DNA from: Planctomycetota bacterium
Lineage (GTDB): Bacteria; Planctomycetota; B15-G4
NCBI GenBank assembly: GCA_965248575.1
Contig: CBDFJQ010000002.1
Coordinates: 352,001-416,000, forward strand
Length of the DNA stretch: 64,000 bases
Reading direction: 5' to 3'
Below the pieces are notes generated by a model. That model was not told the origin of the DNA. It saw nothing but the letters and a program-made list of their open reading frames with translations, and did no database searches. Positions 57,377-64,000 of this stretch are shown here, piece after piece (position 1 is the stretch's first letter; each line of letters starts with the position of its first letter). The position numbers and the translations under genes are program-made.

Positions 57377-58600
57377 ATGAACATCCGCCCCGCTCTCATC
57401 GTCGCCGTGCTCTGTGGTGCCTCCCTGATGGAGTGGCAACCCGTTCGGAGCGCTGAGCAAGCACTGGTGCCGGTCTTTCGGCCGCTGGATGGCTTGGTCC
57501 GGGCTTGCTTGCCGTCCCCTCCCGAATTGGACAGGAGACAGCGTCAGTTGGAGGTCGGTGGGGCTCGGGCGGCGTGGAAGGCCTGGTCGGTGTCGCTCTC
57601 TGAGGGGGCGCGCGCGGGCGATCCGAGGCGTGAACTCGCTCTCGCTCCCGTGATCGAAGCGCGTCCCGGCGCACAAGAACTCGTGATCCGGGTGCCCCCG
57701 AACTCGGTCGAGGTCGACACGCCCGTCACGCATCACGGCGTGCTGCTGGGTTTCCTGCGCCCGTGGAAGCGTCGCGGCGAGAAAGTCGAATCGGAAGGGC
57801 TGGCGCGGGTCGCGTTGTTGGGACACCCCTCGGCGCGACCGGTGGCGGCGATGTGGAAGCTGACGGAAGCGGCACCGGCCGTTCACTTCCTGCTCACCAG
57901 CGGGGAGAAGGGGCCCACTGTTGCCCACGCCAGCCATGCCAGCCACCCGCTGCCAGGGCAGCTGGCGTGGACGCGGGATGTCTCCTCGCTCGGCGACCCA
58001 CTTCCCGGCGGCCTCCTGGTGGGGCGTGTTTCGCCCGGGACCGCGGGTGATGTCCCAGGCGGAGGCCAGGCGAAGCGCCTCGGGCGCACGGCCCAAGCAG
58101 GAAGTGCGCGTGATGAGCGGCTCGAGCCCATCTTCGACATCTCGACCCTCGGATACGTCGTGATCGAGATCAAAGTCGGGGCAGAGCAGCCCTGCCGGCG
58201 CGTGGAGTCGCGGGCCTTGGCCAGCGCAAGCCGCCGGGGCCGCTTGCGCTTGGACAAAGGTCGGCTCAGCGGTCTTGAGGTGGGTGACGTCGTGGTTCAA
58301 GACGGAGTCCTGGTGGGTCGAGTGGTCAGCGTGGGGCCAGCGTCGGCGGAGGTCTGGCGGGACTTGCCCCCGGGGCGTGTGCTCGTCGTGGCGCCGGACG
58401 GCGAGATGGTCTCTACGACCTGCCACGCCCGGGACTGGCCCAGGGGATGGATGCCCGAACCCGGGTGGCGCGTGGTCGTGGGCCATCGAAGCGAGGGCGG
58501 CATCCTGGCGGGCACCGTGGCGGACGTGAGCCCAGAGGGCTTCGCCCTGGAACTGCCCTTCGTCCAGCCCGACGACACGGTGCAGGTACTCGAACGATGA
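57377..58600 (+). CDS. mreC: Divergent MreC-like protein
   Basis: Lies directly after mreB; LPGGLLVGRV and LDKG...GLEVGDVVV..GVLVGRV..VG motifs. Confidence 0.7.
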   Translation: MNIRPALIVAVLCGASLMEWQPVRSAEQALVPVFRPLDGLVRACLPSPPELDRRQRQLEVGGARAAWKAWSVSLSEGARAGDPRRELALAPVIEARPGAQELVIRVPPNSVEVDTPVTHHGVLLGFLRPWKRRGEKVESEGLARVALLGHPSARPVAAMWKLTEAAPAVHFLLTSGEKGPTVAHASHASHPLPGQLAWTRDVSSLGDPLPGGLLVGRVSPGTAGDVPGGGQAKRLGRTAQAGSARDERLEPIFDISTLGYVVIEIKVGAEQPCRRVESRALASASRRGRLRLDKGRLSGLEVGDVVVQDGVLVGRVVSVGPASAEVWRDLPPGRVLVVAPDGEMVSTTCHARDWPRGWMPEPGWRVVVGHRSEGGILAGTVADVSPEGFALELPFVQPDDTVQVLER

Positions 58601-59055
58601 TCCTCTCCTTCGCCTTGCTGATCGTCGTCTTGGGCCAGATGTTCGTGGTGTCTCGGGGTTGGCTCGGGGCCTACGGTCCGGATCCACTCATCCCCATCGC
58701 CGGCTATGTGGCTCTCTATTGGCCCAGGCGCACGGCCTTGTTGCCCATCGTGCTCCTGGGTTGGGTGCGCGCCCTGATCCTGGTGGAGCCGGGCGGGGGG
58801 CAGGTGCTCGCCGCCCTGGTGTCCTTCGCCATCGTCGGTGGCTTGCGGCAGCACCTGCTCGAGTTCCGGGAGATGGGGTATGTGCTCGGCACACTGATTC
58901 TCGCCGGCTGCTGGTCCATGGCCACGGTGCTCACGACCCGGGCGTTTGGTGTCCCGATTGCGGGAGGTCGCGAGTTGGTGCTGGGGGCCGTGCTTTCCGT
59001 GTTGTTGGCGGGCGTCGCCTTCAACACGGCACAGCGCTACGGGGAGACTTCGTGA
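58597..59055 (+). CDS. mreD: MreD-like membrane protein
   Basis: About 150 aa, hydrophobic, N-proximal PD motif. Sits between mreC and PBP2 with ATGA/GTGA overlaps. Confidence 0.65.
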   Translation: MILSFALLIVVLGQMFVVSRGWLGAYGPDPLIPIAGYVALYWPRRTALLPIVLLGWVRALILVEPGGGQVLAALVSFAIVGGLRQHLLEFREMGYVLGTLILAGCWSMATVLTTRAFGVPIAGGRELVLGAVLSVLLAGVAFNTAQRYGETS

Positions 59056-61427
59056 GGAAGCAGCGCATCGTCCCGGTGTTTGCGTTGCTGATGGTGGGAT
59101 TTGCGATCGTCGCGGTGCGGCTGGTGAAGCTGCAAGCTGTCGAGACCTCCATGTGGATGCGCGAGTCGGAGCGCAGCACGGTGCGTTTCCAGTCGCGGCC
59201 CTTTGCGCGCGGATGGATCATGGACCGGCTCGGCCGTCCGTTGGCGCGCACGGAGGAGGTCCGCGACCTCACGTTCCGCTACAGAGGCTGGCGCCGAGGG
59301 ACGGTCGCAGGGCAGGCCAGCCACGCCTGGGCAGCCATGGGTCTGGAGCGCACCACGGTGCCGGATGCCATCGAGCGCGCCGAGACACTCCTTCAGACCT
59401 TGGGGGAGGTCCGCATCAGTGAGATCTCGGACCTGCCTTCACGGCTGCATCGCCGCGACCTCGGCTTCTACCTGCAGCGCCTCTTCGGGGAGGACATCTG
59501 GCAGTTCGTGAGCAGGGAACTCTACTCGGACTTGCCCTCGTCCCAGGCTCTACGCGAGATCAAGGGATTCGATCAGATGTTGGCGCGCAGCTTGGAACGA
59601 GCAGCTCACGAGCGCGAGGCCTTGAGCGATCTGGCGTGGGCCGCGGGGCTCACCCCCGAGGAACTCATCCAAGGCATGGAGCGGGCGGGCGCCCGGGCCG
59701 AACAACGCGTCCAGGGCGGTCTTGCCCAGGAGCAGGGGGACGAGCGGGAGCGCTACCGTCGCGAGCAGCAGCTCCATTCCGAGTTCGATGACGATCCCTC
59801 CAAGCTCGTGGCACGGGTGTCCTACGACACGCGGACCCTGGTGGCCATCCGCCAGGCTGAACTGGGCGGTTTCGGAATCCACGTGGAGATGCGCCGTATC
59901 TATCCGGATGACGTGCGTGATGTGGCGCCGCTCATCGTCGGCCGCGTGGGAGATCCGAAACCCGAGGATATCGATCGGTCGATCGAGCATCGCGTCAGGC
60001 TCTCTGACCTGGCCAGCATGACGTCGTTGACGCCGGAGGAACTCGACGAGTTCGAACGCCTCCGCATCCAGGTGCGGGAGGTGGACTACAAGTCCAACGA
60101 AGAACGCGGACACGCGGGCATCGAGGCCGCCTTCGAAGAGGTCCTGCGCGGCAAGCGCGGTTGGATCGCCACCAGCGAACAGGTCGACCGGGATTCCGTG
60201 GAACGGGAAGAGCCGTACCGCGGTCTCAACATCGTCCTGACTCTCGACACCGAACTGCAACGGGCAGCGGAGACGGTCCTCGACCAGGTGTTCGAACAGC
60301 CCCTGATGGTGGAGGACGCCACTGGCACCCTGGTCCCGGCGCCGACAGCCCAGTGGGCCGGTTCCATCGTGCTGCTGGACCCCCGCAGTGGCGAGGTCCT
60401 GGCCATGGCAACCAGCCCGCGCCCAACGCGTGACGAGTTTGAACAACGCTCTGGCTGGCTGATCTGGGAAGACAGCTGGCGGCGCGCGAGTCACCGGGCT
60501 GTGGACCCGGGGCGATCAAAGAACCTCCCTCCGCCGGGCTCCACCTTCAAACCTGTGTCAGCCTTGGCCGGGCTGACATCCTCCGGCGGCGTCATCTCGC
60601 GGAACACGCGCTTCCTGTGTGAAGGCACCCTGCAAGTGGGCAACCGCACCATGGGCTGCCTGGGCTATCACGGTGAGATCGAGTTGGAGGAGGCGTTGGC
60701 GCGCTCCTGCAACATCTACTTCTATAGGCTCGGTCGCCTGGTCGGCCTGGACGCCTTGAAGGAGATGGCGGCCCGCTTCGGTTTTGGCATGGGGCGCCGA
60801 TCCGGGCTCATCCTCGACAACGAGGTGCTGACCTCGCTCGGGCTTCCCCTCCGTTCAGGCTTTCATGAAGCGAAGCCGAAGTTCGGCGAGGAGTCATCCA
60901 TCTCTGCGGCGATGCTCTTGGCGATCGGCCAATCGCCCCTGGACGACGTCACACCGCTGCAGGTGGCGACCATGGTGGCTGGCGTGGGCACGGGCGTCCT
61001 GCGGCCCCCCATGTTGATTGCCGAAGTGGAGGGCTACCCGCCCATCTCAGCCCGGGCCGGAGAACCGTTGAACCTGCCGGCCAGCGCCTTGGCAGTGGTG
61101 CGCTCAGGCATGGCGCAGGTCATGGATTCGGAGTTGGGAACCGGGCGCGGGCTGCAGGCGTTGTTCAAGCAGAAGATGCCCGGCCTGATGGGCAAGATCG
61201 CCGCCAAGACCGGGACCGCCCAGGTGAAAGATCTCCCGGACCAATCCTGGTTCGCCGGCTATCTCCCGCGACAGTCGCCGCGCCTGGCCTTCGCGGTCAT
61301 GATCGAGGACTGTGGCCTGCACGGGAGCGAGGCGGCAGCGCCGGTCTTCGGTCTGCTCCTGGAGCAGCCAGCCGTGCAGCAGTACTTGCGCGACGAAGTG
61401 CTCTTGCGACCAGGGAGCCTGCGATGA
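59052..61427 (+). CDS. mrdA: Class B penicillin-binding protein (PBP2/MrdA-like)
   Basis: RGWIMDR.G, PGSTFK (SxxK), SCN (SxN) and KTGTAQ. Confidence 0.9.
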   Translation: MRKQRIVPVFALLMVGFAIVAVRLVKLQAVETSMWMRESERSTVRFQSRPFARGWIMDRLGRPLARTEEVRDLTFRYRGWRRGTVAGQASHAWAAMGLERTTVPDAIERAETLLQTLGEVRISEISDLPSRLHRRDLGFYLQRLFGEDIWQFVSRELYSDLPSSQALREIKGFDQMLARSLERAAHEREALSDLAWAAGLTPEELIQGMERAGARAEQRVQGGLAQEQGDERERYRREQQLHSEFDDDPSKLVARVSYDTRTLVAIRQAELGGFGIHVEMRRIYPDDVRDVAPLIVGRVGDPKPEDIDRSIEHRVRLSDLASMTSLTPEELDEFERLRIQVREVDYKSNEERGHAGIEAAFEEVLRGKRGWIATSEQVDRDSVEREEPYRGLNIVLTLDTELQRAAETVLDQVFEQPLMVEDATGTLVPAPTAQWAGSIVLLDPRSGEVLAMATSPRPTRDEFEQRSGWLIWEDSWRRASHRAVDPGRSKNLPPPGSTFKPVSALAGLTSSGGVISRNTRFLCEGTLQVGNRTMGCLGYHGEIELEEALARSCNIYFYRLGRLVGLDALKEMAARFGFGMGRRSGLILDNEVLTSLGLPLRSGFHEAKPKFGEESSISAAMLLAIGQSPLDDVTPLQVATMVAGVGTGVLRPPMLIAEVEGYPPISARAGEPLNLPASALAVVRSGMAQVMDSELGTGRGLQALFKQKMPGLMGKIAAKTGTAQVKDLPDQSWFAGYLPRQSPRLAFAVMIEDCGLHGSEAAAPVFGLLLEQPAVQQYLRDEVLLRPGSLR

Positions 61428-62641
61428 ACGCGGGGGGCTTGGTCGGCCGGCTGTCGCGCCTCTGGTCGGGGCTGTCCATCGAATGGCCCGTGGTGCTGCC
61501 GACCCTGGCGCTGCTTGCGGCGGGCCTGCTGTTCATCTGGAGCGCGACCCTCGAATCGGGTTCCGACCTGATCTTCCGCCAGGCGCTGTTCGCCGTGGCA
61601 GGTGCGCTGGGCGTCGGCCTGGTCTGCCGCTTGGGCATGGGCCGGGTGGCCGATCTCAGCATGCCGCTCTACGGCACCTTGCTTGCCGTGCTCATGGTGC
61701 TTCCACTGCTGGCGGAGCCTTCGAGCACGGGGAGCGATCGCTGGATCTCGCTGCCCTTCGGTTTCAAGTTGCAGCCGTCGGAGTTCATGAAGCTGGGGCT
61801 TGTGTTGGGGCTCGCCCGGCACCTGCAGCATCGGGGCACCACGAACACCTGGCGCAGCTATGTGACACCCTTTGCGCTGACGGCCGTGCCCTGGTTCTTC
61901 GTCATGCGCCAGCCCGACCTCGGCTCCTCACTCGTCATGTTGCCGGTGTTCCTGGCGATGGTGTGGGTCAGCGGGGCCCGTCCGCGGCATGTGGTGCTCG
62001 TCTCGGCGGCAGTAGGGGTGATGCTGCCCCTGGCCTACCTGCTGCCCGGAGTGCTCGAGCCCTATCAAAAGGATCGCCTGGATGCCTTCCTGACGCCGAT
62101 CCCCTCACGGGTGGCTGAGGCACGGGGGTTACGGGATGCCCATGAGCACAACCGTGCACGGGAGCTGGAGGCGGAGATCTCCGAGCTCAAGCGCGGCACG
62201 GGGTACCAGCAGTTCTACAGCGTCGTGGCGGTGGGCAGCGGTGGGCTGACGGGTGCGGGGGTCGGGAACGGCATCCAGAACCGGGGCAACCGGCTCCCTG
62301 TGAGGCACGCCGATTTCATTTTCGCGGTCATCGGCGAGGAGCTGGGGCTGCTGGGAACCCTGTTGATCGTCCTGCTCTACGGAGCCTTGGAGGCGGCCAT
62401 CCTGGGAGTGGCCTATCGCACCCGGGAGCCCTTCGGGCGCCTGGTCTGCGTGGGGGTCGCGGCGCTGATTGGGGGCCAGGCGCTGCTGAACCTGGGGATC
62501 GCCACCGGCCTGCTCCCGGTGACGGGTCTCCCGCTACCCCTCGTCAGCTATGGAGGCTCGTCGATCCTGGCCACCCTCCTGGCGCTGGGTTGTGTTGTCA
62601 GCACAGCCCGTCGCAAAGTGGACGTCTTCTTCGAGGAGTGA
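61424..62641 (+). CDS. rodA: SEDS peptidoglycan polymerase RodA
   Basis: RWI, LQPSEFMK, QPDLG, GSGG..G.G, HADFIF.VIGEE.G, PVTGLPLP.VSYGGSS. Confidence 0.93.
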   Translation: MNAGGLVGRLSRLWSGLSIEWPVVLPTLALLAAGLLFIWSATLESGSDLIFRQALFAVAGALGVGLVCRLGMGRVADLSMPLYGTLLAVLMVLPLLAEPSSTGSDRWISLPFGFKLQPSEFMKLGLVLGLARHLQHRGTTNTWRSYVTPFALTAVPWFFVMRQPDLGSSLVMLPVFLAMVWVSGARPRHVVLVSAAVGVMLPLAYLLPGVLEPYQKDRLDAFLTPIPSRVAEARGLRDAHEHNRARELEAEISELKRGTGYQQFYSVVAVGSGGLTGAGVGNGIQNRGNRLPVRHADFIFAVIGEELGLLGTLLIVLLYGALEAAILGVAYRTREPFGRLVCVGVAALIGGQALLNLGIATGLLPVTGLPLPLVSYGGSSILATLLALGCVVSTARRKVDVFFEE

Positions 62642-62788
62642 GGCAGGGGGGTTCCGACGGGGGCACCGAGAGGTAGAATCCCGAGCCCCGATTCGCGCCA
62701 GGTTCCCCAGTCTGTCCACAGCGCGTGCCCCGAGTGCCCTTGCCGGGTCGAGCCCGGTCATCATCCATAGCCAGGAGACGTTGCTGCC

Positions 62789-64000
62789 ATGTCCATCCAG
62801 GACGCCAAGCCGAACGCTTCGCGGGAAGATCTCAACCTCAACAACATCGTCGGCCGGCAGTTTGAAAAGGCGGCAGCACACCTGGACATCGACGAGGGTC
62901 TGCTCGCCCAGATTCGCGCGTGCAACAACCTGTACAGCTTCAAGTTCCCGGTGCGGGTCAACGGGGGCGTGCAGATGTTCGAGGGCTGGCGCGCAGAGCA
63001 CAGCCATCATCGCAAGCCCCTCAAGGGCGGCATCCGCTTCGCCATGCACGTGGACGAGCAGGAGGTGATGGCCCTGGCCGCACTCATGACCTACAAGTGC
63101 GCCTTGGTCAATGTGCCCTTCGGAGGGAGCAAGGGTGCCGTGAAGGTGGACCCCCATCGCACGGCTCCCGATGTGCTGGAGCGGATCACTCGCCGCTACA
63201 CCTTCGAACTCGCGCACAAGAACTTCATCGGCCCCGGCGTCAATGTGCCGGCACCCGACATGGGGACTGGCGAGCGCGAGATGGCGTGGATGGTGGACAC
63301 GTACAGCACGATTCACCACGGCGATCTCAACGCCTTCGCCTGTTGCACCGGCAAGCCCGTTTCGCAGGGCGGAATCAATGGCCGCACGGAGGCCACGGGA
63401 CGCGGCGTCTACTACGGCATCGTCGAAGCCTGCTCGCGGCAGGACGACATGTCACGGCTCGGCTTGGACCTTGGCACTTCCGGCAAGACCGTCGTGGTCC
63501 AGGGGCTGGGCAATGTGGGCTATCACGCGGCGAGCATTCTGCATCTGGAAGGCAACGCGAAGATCGTGGGCGTGGGCGAATACAACGGCTGCCTCTACAA
63601 CCCTGACGGCATCGACGTGGAAGCGCTTGCCGCGCACCGGCAGAAGACGGGCTACATCCAGGGCTTCGGCCACGGCTGCCAGGAGTTCGATGATCCTGCT
63701 GCATGCCTGGAGCTGGAGTGCGACATCCTGGTGCCCGCCGCGCTTGAGAACCAGATCACGCTTGAGAACGCCGACAGGGTGAAGGCCAAGATCGTGGCCG
63801 AGGCTGCCAACGGTCCCATGACCACCGGGGCCGAGGAGGTCCTGCTCCAGAAGGGCGTGTTCATCCTGCCGGACATCTACCTCAATGCCGGTGGTGTCAC
63901 GGTGTCCTACTTCGAGTGGACCAAGAACATCAGCCACATGCGCTTTGGCCGCATGGCCAAGCGCTTCGAGGTGGGGCGCGACCATCGCATGCTCGACCTC
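62789..64000 (+). CDS. Glu/Leu/Phe/Val dehydrogenase (runs off the window end)
   Basis: Manual translation gives MSIQDAK...KGGIRF...MTYKCA...PFGGSKG...PAPDMGT...TGKP...QGLGNVG...AEAANGP...NAGGVTVSYFEW. AGGAG RBS upstream. Confidence 0.95.
   Translation, partial: MSIQDAKPNASREDLNLNNIVGRQFEKAAAHLDIDEGLLAQIRACNNLYSFKFPVRVNGGVQMFEGWRAEHSHHRKPLKGGIRFAMHVDEQEVMALAALMTYKCALVNVPFGGSKGAVKVDPHRTAPDVLERITRRYTFELAHKNFIGPGVNVPAPDMGTGEREMAWMVDTYSTIHHGDLNAFACCTGKPVSQGGINGRTEATGRGVYYGIVEACSRQDDMSRLGLDLGTSGKTVVVQGLGNVGYHAASILHLEGNAKIVGVGEYNGCLYNPDGIDVEALAAHRQKTGYIQGFGHGCQEFDDPAACLELECDILVPAALENQITLENADRVKAKIVAEAANGPMTTGAEEVLLQKGVFILPDIYLNAGGVTVSYFEWTKNISHMRFGRMAKRFEVGRDHRMLDL

Overview
High-GC, gene-dense bacterial chromosome segment using genetic code 11 (TGA is a normal stop in several ATGA/GTGA gene overlaps). 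The HEAT-repeat lipoprotein, NPCBM and carboxypeptidase-regulatory-like proteins, eukaryote-like Ser/Thr kinase and ECF/zf-HC2 pair suggest a Planctomycetota-like diderm; this is an inference and is not proven here. Most genes are housekeeping: groEL (partial), radC, yidC, mnmE, nrdR, smc, an LPS cluster (lpxL-like, DHS-like, hldE, waaF), RNA-modification enzymes, clpB, tRNA-Ala(CGC), an RND/MFP pair, moeA, lnt, a full mreB-mreC-mreD-mrdA-rodA operon and a partial Glu/Leu/Phe/Val dehydrogenase. No CRISPR array, integrase or transposase was seen. The four most notable signals are: (1) a candidate exported selenoprotein at 35883-36752 (signal peptide, Gln, in-frame UGA, Cys, SECIS-like hairpin, then a CxxC thioredoxin-like domain) whose N-terminus the ORF track misses; (2) an operon behind tandem NrdR boxes carrying nrdR, a catalytically eroded double-ATP-cone NrdD-like protein and smc; (3) a shared sigma54 promoter plus YGYCR-N3-TGGCR palindrome architecture upstream of both groEL and clpB; (4) an ECF sigma cassette with poly-G tracts, flanked by two divergent paralogous secreted proteins. 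All calls come from motif reading by eye; no database searches were run.
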